From an uncultured Acidimicrobiia bacterium (GTDB lineage Bacteria; Actinomycetota; Acidimicrobiia; Spongiisociales; UBA5794): a DNA stretch of 64,000 nucleotides. A model generated the notes under the pieces. That model saw only the letters and a list, made by a program, of their open reading frames with translations. It was not told the DNA's origin and did no database searches. Positions 45,883 through 56,172 of the stretch are shown in pieces (within the stretch, counting starts at the first letter, position 1; the number at the start of each line of letters is the position of its first letter). Position numbers and translations under genes: made by a program. The DNA lies in assembly GCA_963704825.1 (NCBI GenBank), contig CAVPHV010000017.1, forward strand, positions 102,325 through 166,324, read 5' to 3'.

Positions 45883-47452
45883 AGAGTCTCTCCAGGCGTT
45901 TGGTGAACCGGAAACTGAAGGCCGAGATCAGAGCCACGATGATGAAGATGAGGATGGCGAATGTGGCGGCGAGCGCAAACCTTCCGGCGTTCTGCGACAG
46001 CGAGAACGTGAAGGTGATGAGGAGATCGGTTTCGCCGACCGGTACGTCATAGGTGAGTAGCTGCGGTCCGCCGTTGGTCAGGAGGAAGATGTTGATGAAG
46101 TTGTTGAAATTGAAGGCAAACGATGCGATGAGCAACGGGGCGATGATCACCATCAGCATCGGGAAGGTGACCTTGCGGAACGTCTGGAACCCGTTGGCGC
46201 CGTCGACCTTGGCCGCCTCGATCAGCGACGTCGGTATCGACTGGAGCGCCCCCATCGAGATCAGCATCATGTAGGGGAAACCCTGCCACACGGTGACCAG
46301 GATCACCGACACCTTGGCCCAGAACCCATTGGTGAGCCACGGAACCGCAAACCCCGTCCACGCCAGCAGGTCGTTGTTGATCGGTCCGAAGTTGGTGTCC
46401 ATCAGCCCACGCCAGATCAGCACCGAGATGAAGGCGGGGATGGCGTAGGGCAAGATCAGGATCGATCGGTAGAACTTGATGCCGCGCAGTTGAACGTTGT
46501 GCAGGGTCAACGCCAGCCCGAGGCCGAGCGCCAACTGGAGGAGCACAACGGAGATGGCGAAGATGACGTTCCAGGTGAACACTCGCAGCAGCGGCCCCCC
46601 TACCCGTCGGTCGGTCAGGGCATCGACGTAATTGTCGGCTCCGATGAAGATGCGCCAACCCGGAGTGAGTACCCGCCCGTCTCCGCAGACGTAGTTGCCC
46701 TCAACCGGCACACATTCGGTGTCCTCGATGTTGTCGACCATCAGGTCGCGTGCCGCGTCGTATGTGTACCGCTGGATCTGGCCGGCCTGGGCCGTGGTTG
46801 CCGTCACCACGACGGCCTCGCCGACCGGCGTGTCGATCGCAGACGCCAGTAACTCACCCTCGACTGCGATCAGGTCGATCAATCTGAGCTTGCTGAAGCC
46901 GTCGATCTCGTCGGGTGGGGCGGCCGGATCATCGAGGGGGACTGGCTCACAGGTGCTCTCGCTGGGTGGATCCGTCTTGAGGCGTGGTGCCCCGAAACAC
47001 GTAGTGCCCTCGTCATCGACGAGGAGGAATTGAAGGTCGCCGTTCGGCGCCTGATAGACGGTGAGGGCGAACTGCGCCGGATCGTCGGAGATGACCTTGA
47101 TGCTCTCGAGCGAGGCCGTCGCCTGCTCCTTGTTGACGTTGTTCGGTTGGGCGAAGTTCGTCATCGAGAGGTAGATGGTGTACCCGATGGGGTAGACGAC
47201 AAAGACGAGAAGGAAGACCAGGCCGGGTGCGATGTAGCGCAACGGGATGGCCTTGCTGGAGAAGTAGATGAAGTTGAGCCCGACGGCGCCGACCGCCAAC
47301 AGCGCCATGACGAGCCATTGCTCTTGGTCGATCAGGCTGTACATCGCCCACAGGGCCATGGCATCGACGATCGCCATCGACCCGAAGCGGAACCAGAAGC
47401 CCGGTCCCAGGCTTCCGAATCGTCCGGAACGCGCCGAGGACGGGGCCGTCAT
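45869..47452 (-). CDS. Carbohydrate ABC transporter permease with large extracytoplasmic loop (MalF-like)
   Basis: 527 aa. N-terminal TM pair, ~230-aa periplasmic loop, then a core with EAA motif (SLIEAAKVDGANGFQTFRKVTFP). Overlaps the malG-like gene. Confidence 0.85.
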   Translation of the reverse strand: MTAPSSARSGRFGSLGPGFWFRFGSMAIVDAMALWAMYSLIDQEQWLVMALLAVGAVGLNFIYFSSKAIPLRYIAPGLVFLLVFVVYPIGYTIYLSMTNFAQPNNVNKEQATASLESIKVISDDPAQFALTVYQAPNGDLQFLLVDDEGTTCFGAPRLKTDPPSESTCEPVPLDDPAAPPDEIDGFSKLRLIDLIAVEGELLASAIDTPVGEAVVVTATTAQAGQIQRYTYDAARDLMVDNIEDTECVPVEGNYVCGDGRVLTPGWRIFIGADNYVDALTDRRVGGPLLRVFTWNVIFAISVVLLQLALGLGLALTLHNVQLRGIKFYRSILILPYAIPAFISVLIWRGLMDTNFGPINNDLLAWTGFAVPWLTNGFWAKVSVILVTVWQGFPYMMLISMGALQSIPTSLIEAAKVDGANGFQTFRKVTFPMLMVIIAPLLIASFAFNFNNFINIFLLTNGGPQLLTYDVPVGETDLLITFTFSLSQNAGRFALAATFAILIFIIVALISAFSFRFTKRLERLYGNL

Positions 47453-47511
47453 TTCGACCCCGTCCTCTGGTGTCCTCCAAACATGCTGTTGGAGGTTAGT
47501 CGGTTGCTACG

Positions 47512-48859
47512 TCAGGCTCCGATCAGACCGTCGATCTGTTCGCCGGCCGCGGTGAGCGCGGTCGTCGGGTCGGATTCGCCGTTGCGGATCTGGAGCATGG
47601 CGGCGCCCCACGAGTCCCAGACATCACCGGTCATCTGCGGGATGTTGGGCATCGGCTGACCGTTGGCGATCGACTCCGTGAAGGCGGCAACGATCGGGTC
47701 ACTCGACACGGCCTCGGCCACGGTCTTGTTGGCCGGGAGGCGCGGGTCGGCGTCATAGAGTGCCTGCTGCACCTCAGGCGTGGCGGCGTAGTCGTAGATG
47801 AAGGTCTTGGCGACGAGCACCTGGGTGGTCTGCGAGCTCAGGTAGATACCCCTGTGCGCCGAAGAACGGACGGGGCGTGTTGCCCTCCATCGTCGGGATA
47901 CTGATCACCTGGATTTCGAAGCCATTCTCGGCGGCGCCGGTCTCGGCATCACCACGGGCCCACGGGCCGGTCATCCAGAACAGCGCATTGCCCTGTTGGA
48001 AGGCTTCCTGCGCATTGCCGTAGTTGTAGGACGGGATGTACCCGGCGTCGACAAGTCCGGCCATGAAGTCGGCGCCGGCGATGGACTCGGGGGAGTCGAT
48101 GCCGGCGGTGTCGGCCGTGTAGCCCGTTGCCGGGTCGAACGTGAAGATCGAACCACCGAAGGCGGATTGGAACGGGAACATGTGGTAGGCGTCGGCTGCG
48201 TCGGCGCCACCGGGCAGCGCGATGCAGACCTGGTCACCGCTGAGCACGCTGTCACACAGCGCCGTCAGGTCCTCGAACGTTGCCGGGGCGTCGGTGGTGG
48301 CAGCCAGCGTGGTGTTCATCCACATGGCGATGCCCTCCATCTGGAACGGCAAGGCGTAGAGCGAGCCACCCAGGGTGAAGGCGGTGAGTGAAGGATCGAA
48401 GAAGTCCGCGGCTCTGTCGGCCGGGAGATCGTTCATCGGAGCGATCACGCCGGCGTCCGACAGCGGCCCGGTCCAGTCGTGGGCGCCGATGAAGACGTCG
48501 GGGCCTTCGCCGGTCGGGATCAGCTGAATCGCCTCGTCGCGGATCGAGCCGAAGTCCTTCTGCACCACCTCGATGGCGACGCCGGTTGCTGCCTCGAACT
48601 CAGGTGCGATGGCGATGATGGCCGGGGCACGGCTCTCGTCGGCCCACACCACCAGCGCCTCGGCTGCTGCGGCCGTGGTTGTCGTCTCAGGGGCAGCCGT
48701 GGTCGTTGTCTCTTCCATGGCTTCGGTCGTTGTCGTTGTGTCTTCCGTGGCTTCGGTGGTCGTTGTCGTGTCGCCAGCGCTGTCATCGTCGCCACAGGCG
48801 GCAGCGATCAGAGCAAAGGCAAGAACAAGGCCAACCAGAATCCGGTACCGACTTCTCAC
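47512..48859 (-). CDS. Maltose/maltodextrin-type solute-binding lipoprotein (MalE-like), interrupted by a 1-nt frameshift at ~47848
   Basis: GTG start at 48859 with GGAGGAGG SD. Lipobox-like LIAAAC and Thr-rich linker. N-terminal part in ORF 47774-48997 and C-terminal part in ORF 47512-47820. Frames join if one G is removed from CAGGGG, giving ...GAQGIYLSSQTTQVLVAKTF... Confidence 0.75.
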
Positions 48860-48954
48860 AAGAAGTCCTCCTCCGTTATCCAATGGGGTTGCGCGGGGCA
48901 TCTCGAGTGAGTGCCTCCGATGCTGGTAGTAAACCAGCAAACGCGAGTAAAGCA

Positions 48955-49010
48955 CGTTCCTTGCAGGATTTCCAATCACTTTCTGCAAGTCTTGCAAGAA
49001 CTTGCAAAGT
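48955..49010. promoter_or_regulatory. Candidate LacI-family operators in the divergent region between the mal operon and the LacI regulator gene
   Basis: Perfect 8-bp palindrome CTTGCAAG at 48991-48998 flanked by CTGCAAG (48983-48989), CTTGCAAA (49001-49008) and CTTGCAGG (~48958). Confidence 0.5.
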
Positions 49011-49026
49011 GGGGGATAGTAGGGGG

Positions 49027-50025
49027 ATGCGTCCCAAGCTCCAGGAAGTCGCCGCGCTCACCGGCGTGAGTGAAGCCACCGTCAGCCGCGTGATGAACGC
49101 CAAGCCCGGCGTGTCGGAACACACCCGCCGGTTGGTGCTCGACGTGCTCAGCGACCTCGGCTACCGCGAGGTCCCGGTGCGCACGGCGCGTTCGGGGGTC
49201 GTCGGCATCATCACCCCCGAGTTGGAGAATCCCATCTTCTCGCTGCTCGCTCAGACCATCGAGGCGCGGTTGGCCCGCCACGGGATCATGTCGGTCGTCT
49301 GTCCGTCGACATCTGAGACGATCCACGAAGACGACTACCTGGATCATTTGGTCGACATCGGGGCCACCGGTGTCGTGGTCGTCAACGGTCGTTACGCCCA
49401 GGCCGGCATCGGATACGAACCGTACGAGCGTCTACTCGACAAGGGGATTCCGACGGTGCTGGTCAACGGGATCTTCCCCGACTGCACCGTTCCGGCCGTG
49501 TCGATCGACGTCGCCGGTGCCGCAGCGTCGGGAGTGCAACACCTCACCCGTCTCGGCCACACCACGATCGGTTGTCTGATCGGCCCCCGTCGCTACAGCA
49601 CGTCACAGCTCCTGGTCGAGGGCTACCAGGAGGCAATCGCCGCAGCGGGGCTCAGGAACGGCAGCCGTCTCATTTCCGAGACTCTCTTCACGCTCGAGGG
49701 CGGCCATGCCGGCATGGCCAAGCTGCTCGAGGCCGGCGCCACGGGAGTCATCACCGGTGGTGATCTCATGGCCATCGGCGCCATCGGCGCCGTTCGGGCC
49801 TGGGGCGCCAAGGTGCCCGACGACGTCTCGGTTATCGGTCTCGATGGCACTCCAATCGCCGCCCTCACCAACCCGGCGCTCACCACCATGCGTCAACCGG
49901 TCGATCGCATGGCCGCCGCGGTTGCTTCGATGATCGTGGCCCAAGCCACCGACCAAAGCCGTCCCCGGCCCCAATTGTTCCGCCCCGAGTTGGTGGTAGG
50001 CGGCTCTGCCGCGGCGGCGCCGTAG
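49027..50025 (+). CDS. LacI family transcriptional regulator
   Basis: N-terminal HTH (LQEVAALTGVSEATVSRVMN) and periplasmic-binding-protein-like effector domain. ATG 49027 preceded by AGGGGGA. Confidence 0.85.
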   Translation: MRPKLQEVAALTGVSEATVSRVMNAKPGVSEHTRRLVLDVLSDLGYREVPVRTARSGVVGIITPELENPIFSLLAQTIEARLARHGIMSVVCPSTSETIHEDDYLDHLVDIGATGVVVVNGRYAQAGIGYEPYERLLDKGIPTVLVNGIFPDCTVPAVSIDVAGAAASGVQHLTRLGHTTIGCLIGPRRYSTSQLLVEGYQEAIAAAGLRNGSRLISETLFTLEGGHAGMAKLLEAGATGVITGGDLMAIGAIGAVRAWGAKVPDDVSVIGLDGTPIAALTNPALTTMRQPVDRMAAAVASMIVAQATDQSRPRPQLFRPELVVGGSAAAAP

Positions 50026-50048
50026 CGATCTGCGCAGCCAAACGGGTG

Positions 50049-50966
50049 TCAGTCTCGTTCGACGCGATCGTGATCGCTGGTCACGGTGACGGGACCATGC
50101 AGGTAGGTTCGGACGGTCGGGTAGGCGAGCTCGACCCGGTCGGTGCCGTCGATTCCGTCGAGAATGGCCTCCCAGACCGCCTGGGCGATGTCACGCTGCT
50201 GGCGCGCCCCCACCAGAAAACGGCACGTGAACATCACGCCGCTGTTGTCGACCGACAGGTACACGATGGGGGTGAGCGTCCCGACCTTGATGTGGTAGTC
50301 GCGGGCCGTCTCCCGAATCCGGGTTCCAGCTACTTCCTCGACATTCGCTGTGTTGTTGATCACGGCTCGTTCGAGGATCTGGCGCGCTTCGGTCCGATCA
50401 GACTCAAAGGTGACGAGGACGGGAATCTCGTACCAGATGAACTCAAAGCCCTCCGTGTAGTTCGCCACCTTCTTGGTGAACAGCAGGCCGTTGGGGATGT
50501 GAATGAGGCGTCCCGTCGACTGATCGGCGTCGACCCAATTCCCCACTTCCATCAAGGAGAAGCGGAAGAGGCGGACGTCGATGACGTCACCCTTGGTCCC
50601 ATCGATCTCGATGCGGTCTCCGAGTCGAAACGGTCTGCGGCTCAAGATGAAGAACCACCCGGCGAGGTTCTTGAGGACGTCTGAAAGTGCAATGGCGATA
50701 CCCGCAGACAGCAGGCCGAGGAAGGTGGGCAGATTGTCAAAGGCATCTATCCAGATCCAGGCCAACGACATGAGTCCAATGATCGTGGCCGTGTAGGTGA
50801 TCATCTTGCCGGCCCGATAGGCACTCCATAGATCGTCGGAGACCTTGGGTAGGGTGCGCAGGACGAGCCATCTGCCGATGAAGAGAGCCGCGATCACGAC
50901 AACGGAAGCGAGGAGCTTGCCCTGTGTGTCCGGCGAGATTCCGAGTTGTTCGGTGATCCACTCCAT
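50049..50966 (-). CDS. Small-conductance mechanosensitive channel (MscS family)
   Basis: Three TM helices followed by the MscS beta-domain signature (FRLGDRIEIDGTKGDVIDVRLFRFSLMEVGNW). Start at internal ATG (MEWITEQLG). Confidence 0.8.
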   Translation of the reverse strand: MEWITEQLGISPDTQGKLLASVVVIAALFIGRWLVLRTLPKVSDDLWSAYRAGKMITYTATIIGLMSLAWIWIDAFDNLPTFLGLLSAGIAIALSDVLKNLAGWFFILSRRPFRLGDRIEIDGTKGDVIDVRLFRFSLMEVGNWVDADQSTGRLIHIPNGLLFTKKVANYTEGFEFIWYEIPVLVTFESDRTEARQILERAVINNTANVEEVAGTRIRETARDYHIKVGTLTPIVYLSVDNSGVMFTCRFLVGARQQRDIAQAVWEAILDGIDGTDRVELAYPTVRTYLHGPVTVTSDHDRVERD

Positions 50967-50967
50967 G

Positions 50968-51465
50968 TCACTCGTCTCCCAGGCTGACGAGAAGACGCCG
51001 CAACAGTTGAGCGAGCGCATCCCGCTCGTCGGGATCGAGTGCCGCGAGCAGGTAGTCCTGCCTATCGAGATTTGATACGAGGATCTGATCGACCAGATGG
51101 CATCCCTCATCGGTGAGGCGGATAACGAGGGCCCGTCGATCTGACGGGTCGGCATGGCGTTCCACCAGGGCGGCATCCTCGAGTCGATCGAGACGGCTCG
51201 TCATGCCGCCCGTCGTGATGAGCGCTGCTTCGGCGAGTTGCGTGGGGGATAGCTCGTGGCGAGGCGTTTGCCGGCGGAGGGCGGCCAGTGTGTCGTAGTC
51301 GCCCTTGGTGCTCAGCCCGGCCTCGATGGCGCCCTGTTCGAGCTCAGTCTGTAGGTAACTGGCCAAACGGAGGATTCTGGCAACAACTTCGGTGGTTGAA
51401 GCATCGAGATCGGGACGCGCGGCTCCCCACTCGTCGATGACTCGGTCCGTGAAGTCGCGCTCCAT
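50968..51465 (-). CDS. MarR family transcriptional regulator
   Basis: 165 aa winged-helix segment (LSPTQLAEAALITTGGMTSRLDRLEDAALVERHADPSDRRALVIRLTDEG). Stop 1 nt before the mscS start. Confidence 0.75.
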   Translation of the reverse strand: MERDFTDRVIDEWGAARPDLDASTTEVVARILRLASYLQTELEQGAIEAGLSTKGDYDTLAALRRQTPRHELSPTQLAEAALITTGGMTSRLDRLEDAALVERHADPSDRRALVIRLTDEGCHLVDQILVSNLDRQDYLLAALDPDERDALAQLLRRLLVSLGDE

Positions 51466-51519
51466 TCGATACCCCTTACCACAAGATTACTTGAGATATT
51501 ACTATCATATCCCGAGGAG

Positions 51520-53088
51520 TCAACGTGGGGTGACGAGCCGGCCGCGAAACTTCCCCCACCGCCATTCGGCCGAGGTCTGGTCGACCCGCCACTCCACCGG
51601 CGTCTGGGGCGGTTCTGCGTTCTCGACTCGAGCTCGCACCGCTGCTCGGACTCGGTCCCTGAGATCGTCGGATCCGCTGAAGCGCATCGGGACTCTGCCG
51701 ACCTCGAGACCACCGGCGAGGGCGGAGGTTGTGTGGGTCAACGCCTGCTCGGTGCCGTAGAAGATGGCGGGCACCCCGGGGAGGGCGAGCACGGCATCCG
51801 TCGCGGCGGCCAGTCGCGCCGAGTCGCCGCTCCAGCGGTGCAGGCCACGACCCATGTCGTGGTTGTCGAAGAAGCGAACCCACGAGAAGTCTTCGTGGGC
51901 GAGCACGGCAGCCGCCTCTTGCTCGACCTCGACCAAACCGGCGGGGTCCAACTCGCCCCCGAGGAAGTCACGCAACGCATAGGCGAAGAGGAAGTCGGTC
52001 ACCCCGTCGAGCACTCCGCCGTAGCGTCGACAGAATGCCGGCGTCGCGGTGGCTTCTCCAAACAGCCAGGCCTCGGGATGGGTGCGGTTGAGTTCGCTCG
52101 ACAGGTCGGCAAAGAACGATTCGCTCGGCCCGAGCACATGGTCGATCCGGTAGCCGGCGACTCCGTACTCATCGAGCCAGTGCCGGGCGGCGGCGATCAG
52201 CGCGGCCCTCGCCTCGGGATGGTTCACGTTGACCTTGGGCATCCCGGGGTTCCCGAAGAACGTGTCGTAGCTGCCGTCTTCGTGGATGAAGAACCAGTCC
52301 CGGGTATCGCCACCTCGGCGGGCTTCGGTGAACCACGGGTGCTCATTCGAAACATGGTTGGGCACGAAGTCGAGCAGGACCCGGATGCCGGAGTTTCCCG
52401 CTGCGATCACCAGGTCGTTGAGGGCGGTGTTGCCCCCGAAGCGTGGATCGACCTGGCCGAAGTCCCTGGTGTCGTACCCGTGATAGCTGCTGCAGGTGAA
52501 GATTGGGGTGAGCCAGATCGTGTTGATCCCGAGGTCTGCGAGGTAGGGGACCTGTGCGGTGACTCCGGCGAGATCACCTCCGGCCCACGCTTTGGGGTGT
52601 TCGGGCTCGGGAACGGGACCGCTTGGGGTGGCGAATCGGTCGACGAAGATCTGATACACGACCGCATCGTGAGTCCATGGGGGCGGGCGTCGTGAGGTGA
52701 CGCGGTGGGTGAAGACGGTGGCGGCTCGCTGAGGTCTGCGGCCGTCGGCGTACCAGGCGCGTTCGGTCCCGTCCAAGCTGCGCACGACGTAGTTGACGAT
52801 GGTGCCGTCCGGCATCCCCGGCATCACCGCCTCCCAATGAGACCCGACCCGTCGGGCCGGGTATTCAACGCCGCTTGTTTCGATCGCTTGGGGCGTGACG
52901 GCGGCGGGGTCATCGGCGGCAACGATGGTGACCCGGCGCGCGTCCGATGTTGTGGTGACTCGCAGCACAATCGGTCGCCCCGGCCGAGGGACACTGGGGA
53001 TCCGGTCGTACTGGTGATCGACGGCCAGGCCTTGCTGGAGGTCGAACATGCCGAAGAGGAAGGCGGCTTGGGGGCGGCGGGGGAGCAT
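51520..53088 (-). CDS. GH13 alpha-amylase family glycoside hydrolase with N-terminal extra domain
   Basis: Conserved GH13 regions (DAVVYQIFVDRFA, GYDTRDF, VLLDFVPNHVS, GYRIDHV, EATA...). Confidence 0.8.
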   Translation of the reverse strand: MLPRRPQAAFLFGMFDLQQGLAVDHQYDRIPSVPRPGRPIVLRVTTTSDARRVTIVAADDPAAVTPQAIETSGVEYPARRVGSHWEAVMPGMPDGTIVNYVVRSLDGTERAWYADGRRPQRAATVFTHRVTSRRPPPWTHDAVVYQIFVDRFATPSGPVPEPEHPKAWAGGDLAGVTAQVPYLADLGINTIWLTPIFTCSSYHGYDTRDFGQVDPRFGGNTALNDLVIAAGNSGIRVLLDFVPNHVSNEHPWFTEARRGGDTRDWFFIHEDGSYDTFFGNPGMPKVNVNHPEARAALIAAARHWLDEYGVAGYRIDHVLGPSESFFADLSSELNRTHPEAWLFGEATATPAFCRRYGGVLDGVTDFLFAYALRDFLGGELDPAGLVEVEQEAAAVLAHEDFSWVRFFDNHDMGRGLHRWSGDSARLAAATDAVLALPGVPAIFYGTEQALTHTTSALAGGLEVGRVPMRFSGSDDLRDRVRAAVRARVENAEPPQTPVEWRVDQTSAEWRWGKFRGRLVTPR

Positions 53089-53129
53089 CGGCGGAGCGTA
53101 GCTCGCGGGCGAAGCTGCGGAGTGCCAAC

Positions 53130-54746
53130 ATGGGGTCCGTGAAGGGTCGCCTTGTTTTCGTCATGCATGCCCACTTGCCCTATGTCTTGGGTCACGGCGA
53201 GTGGCCATACGGGGCGTCGTGGTTGTACGAGGCCGCGGCCGACACCTACCTCCCGCTGCTCGGATCGCTCGAGGCGCTCCAGGCCCACGGGGTGCGGCCT
53301 GCGTTGACACTCGAGTTCTCGCCGGTGCTCGGAGAGCAACTCGATGATGACCGCTTTCGAACGGGTTTGGTCGGCCACCTTGGGGCGCTCATTGCCGCCG
53401 CCATACGGAACCGAGATGACGCCGCGGCGTCGGGCGATACCGACCGGGCCGAAATCGCTGAAGGGTGGCGGGATCGGTACCAAGCGATGCAGGACGATTT
53501 CGAGCGGCGCAATCGTGACATCCTGAGCGGGTTCGGCGCTCTTGATGCTGTCGGCGCGATCGAGCTGTTCACCTGCGCCCGCACCCACGGCTTCCTGCCC
53601 CTGCTCGGCTCAGCGGAGCGCACCCGCTGCCAGATCGAGGACGGCGTGGATTGGTTCCTGGCGCGGTTTGGCCGCAAGCCGCGCGGGATGTGGATGCCGG
53701 AATGTGCGTACCGCCCTGGTGGTCCGTGGCAGCCTGCCGCAGGCCTGCCACTCGACGGTGAGCGTCCCGGAGTCGAGGCGTTCCTGCAGGCGGCAGGCAT
53801 CGACTGGACGATCATCGACGCTCACCTCGTGACCAAGGGGGCTCCGATCGGCAACTATCCGCCGTGGTCGGCGACTGCCGGGCAAGGGTTGTCACCCCAC
53901 CAGATCTACACCCTGGGAGATTCAACGGTTGCGGCGTTTCCCCGCGATCCGACGACGACGGTCCAGGTGTGGTCGGGCGACGTTGGCTACCCGGCCAATC
54001 CGTGGTTCCTCGAGTTCCATCGGCGCCATCACGAAGGTGGGCTGCGCTATTGGCGAGTCACCGATCGCGAGCTCGACATCGGTGAGAAGGCGCCGTACCA
54101 ACCAGGTCCTGCACGCGCGGCCGTTGCCGAGCAGGGCCACCACTTTGCCCGGCTCGTCGGTGAGACTATCGCCAACACGGTTGCGGCCGGAGTTGAAGAT
54201 CCTGTGGTCCTGGCGCCGTACGATGCCGAACTCTTCGGCCACTGGTGGCGCGAAGGCGTGGAGTGGTTCACCGCTGCCAGGCGCGAACTCGACGCCGCCG
54301 GGATCTCGGTTGCCACGGCCTCGGAGGCGCTCGACGCCTCAGGCACTGCCCAAGCGGTACGGGTCCCGGCAGGCTCTTGGGGGGACGGCGGCGACTACCG
54401 GGTGTGGGATGTGCCGGCGACCGCCGATCTGTGGCGCGCCATCTACGCCGCCGAGGTCGGCCTCGAACAAGCCGAGGCGGAGGATCCGGAACCGCAACGA
54501 ACGCTGCGGACCGTGCTCGACCAGCTCCGCCGGACGGTGTTGCTCATCGAGAGTTCGGACTGGGCATTCTTGATATCGACCGGTACCGCGGTCCGCTACG
54601 CCACCGAACGCTGGAGAGGGCACGCCGCCGACGCCACCTTTCTCGTCGGCCTCGCCGAACACCTGGCCGGAGGCGACGCCCTCGACGGAGACCAGGAACG
54701 TGGTCTTGCCGGCCTCGTGGAGCGAGATAGGGTGTGGCTGCCGTGA
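53130..54746 (+). CDS. GH57 family 1,4-alpha-glucan branching enzyme
   Basis: N-terminal LVFVMHAHLPYV signature of GH57 plus catalytic Glu/Asp regions (WMPECAY..., FGHWW). Confidence 0.8.
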   Translation: MGSVKGRLVFVMHAHLPYVLGHGEWPYGASWLYEAAADTYLPLLGSLEALQAHGVRPALTLEFSPVLGEQLDDDRFRTGLVGHLGALIAAAIRNRDDAAASGDTDRAEIAEGWRDRYQAMQDDFERRNRDILSGFGALDAVGAIELFTCARTHGFLPLLGSAERTRCQIEDGVDWFLARFGRKPRGMWMPECAYRPGGPWQPAAGLPLDGERPGVEAFLQAAGIDWTIIDAHLVTKGAPIGNYPPWSATAGQGLSPHQIYTLGDSTVAAFPRDPTTTVQVWSGDVGYPANPWFLEFHRRHHEGGLRYWRVTDRELDIGEKAPYQPGPARAAVAEQGHHFARLVGETIANTVAAGVEDPVVLAPYDAELFGHWWREGVEWFTAARRELDAAGISVATASEALDASGTAQAVRVPAGSWGDGGDYRVWDVPATADLWRAIYAAEVGLEQAEAEDPEPQRTLRTVLDQLRRTVLLIESSDWAFLISTGTAVRYATERWRGHAADATFLVGLAEHLAGGDALDGDQERGLAGLVERDRVWLP

Positions 54747-56080
54747 AGATCCTGATGTCGGCCGCCGAGCTCGCCCCATTCGTCCGCACCGGAGGTCTGG
54801 GGAACGCCGTCGAGGGACTGGCCGGAGCGCTGGCCCGACTCGGCCATGAGGTGACGGTCACCGTTCCCGGGTATCGCGATCTCGAACCGGAAGGCACCCC
54901 GATCGGTGGGAGCTGGTATCGGATCCCCGACCCCCTGCTCGACGTCCTTGCCTACCGAGACGCCTCGTTTGCCCGCCCCGGGGTCTATGGACCCGAGCCC
55001 GGCACCGGCTACGACGACAACTGGCTGCGCTTCGGCCGCTTCGCCCGGGCGACGGCGGACCTCGCCGGCGACTTCGACGTACTCCATCTCCACGATGCTC
55101 ACGTTGGTGCGGCGGCGCTGCTGGCGCCGGTTCCGACCGTGTTCACGATCCACAACGCGGCCCACCCGATGCTGGGGCCACTCGATGAAGCGGCCGCCTT
55201 GCTCGGAGTGGCTCCCGAGGCGGCGATGCCCGGCGGTGCCCTCGAGTGGTACGGCTCGGCCAACTATCTCAAGGCAGGCATGGTCGGTGCCGACCGGGTG
55301 ACGACGGTGAGTCCGGGGCACGCGGCTGAACTCGCCGTACCGGACACGTCGTTTGGCCTTTCCGGCATCGTTGGCTCCCTGGCCCACCCCATCGTGGGGA
55401 TCTTGAATGGGATCGACACCACGTCGTGGGATCCAACAACCGATGTCACGCTCCCGGCGCCGTTCAGCGCCGATGACCTGAAGGGCAAGAAGAAGTCGCG
55501 GGCGGCGTTGATGGGCGTGGCGGGCCTGAGCGACGGCCAGGTCTTCGGCAACGTAGGGAGGATGGCGCGCCAGAAGGGCCTCGGCCTTCTGGCGCCCACC
55601 ATCGACGATCTGGTGGCTGAAGGCTTCCGATTGGTGTTGGTCGGCAACGGCGAACTCGATGCCATGGTCGACGACTGGGTGCTGCGTCACCCGGGTGCTG
55701 TGGCTCACCTGCCCTACCAGGACTCGCTGTCGCGGCTGGTGTCGGCCGGCGCCGATGCCTACCTGATGCCGTCGGAGTTCGAGCCCTGCGGCCTCGGACA
55801 GTTGTACGCGATGCGCTACGGGACGCCGCCGGTCGTGCGCCTCACCGGGGGTCTCGCCGACAGCGTGCATGACATCGACGAGCACGACGATCGCGGCACC
55901 GGACTTGGGTTCCGCACGTTTGAGCCGGAATCGTTGGCCAAGACGATTCGCCGGGCCATGCGCTATCACCTTGGTTTGCCTCGGCTTTGGAATCGGATGC
56001 AGGTGAACGGGATGACCGTTGACTGGTCGTGGGAAGCCCGCGCCGCCGAGTATGAGGCGGTCTACGCCGCCTCCGGTTGA
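54734..56080 (+). CDS. glgA: Glycogen/alpha-glucan synthase (GT5, GlgA-like)
   Basis: N-terminal KILMSAAELAPFVRTGGLGNAV motif (KTGGL variant) and C-terminal GT-B domain. Start overlaps the GH57 gene end. Confidence 0.8.
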   Translation: MAAVKILMSAAELAPFVRTGGLGNAVEGLAGALARLGHEVTVTVPGYRDLEPEGTPIGGSWYRIPDPLLDVLAYRDASFARPGVYGPEPGTGYDDNWLRFGRFARATADLAGDFDVLHLHDAHVGAAALLAPVPTVFTIHNAAHPMLGPLDEAAALLGVAPEAAMPGGALEWYGSANYLKAGMVGADRVTTVSPGHAAELAVPDTSFGLSGIVGSLAHPIVGILNGIDTTSWDPTTDVTLPAPFSADDLKGKKKSRAALMGVAGLSDGQVFGNVGRMARQKGLGLLAPTIDDLVAEGFRLVLVGNGELDAMVDDWVLRHPGAVAHLPYQDSLSRLVSAGADAYLMPSEFEPCGLGQLYAMRYGTPPVVRLTGGLADSVHDIDEHDDRGTGLGFRTFEPESLAKTIRRAMRYHLGLPRLWNRMQVNGMTVDWSWEARAAEYEAVYAASG

Positions 56081-56172
56081 ATCTCTCCTCAGGCTGCGCT
56101 CCGGTCTGGTCGATGTTTCCTGGGAACCATGACGTGCACTTCCCCACGCCTTGACTGCGGGATGGCAGTGCG

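Noticed and set aside
54596-55969. 457-aa minus-strand ORF antisense to glgA
   Set aside because: Antisense artefact. glgA has the diagnostic KTGGL-type motif on the plus strand.
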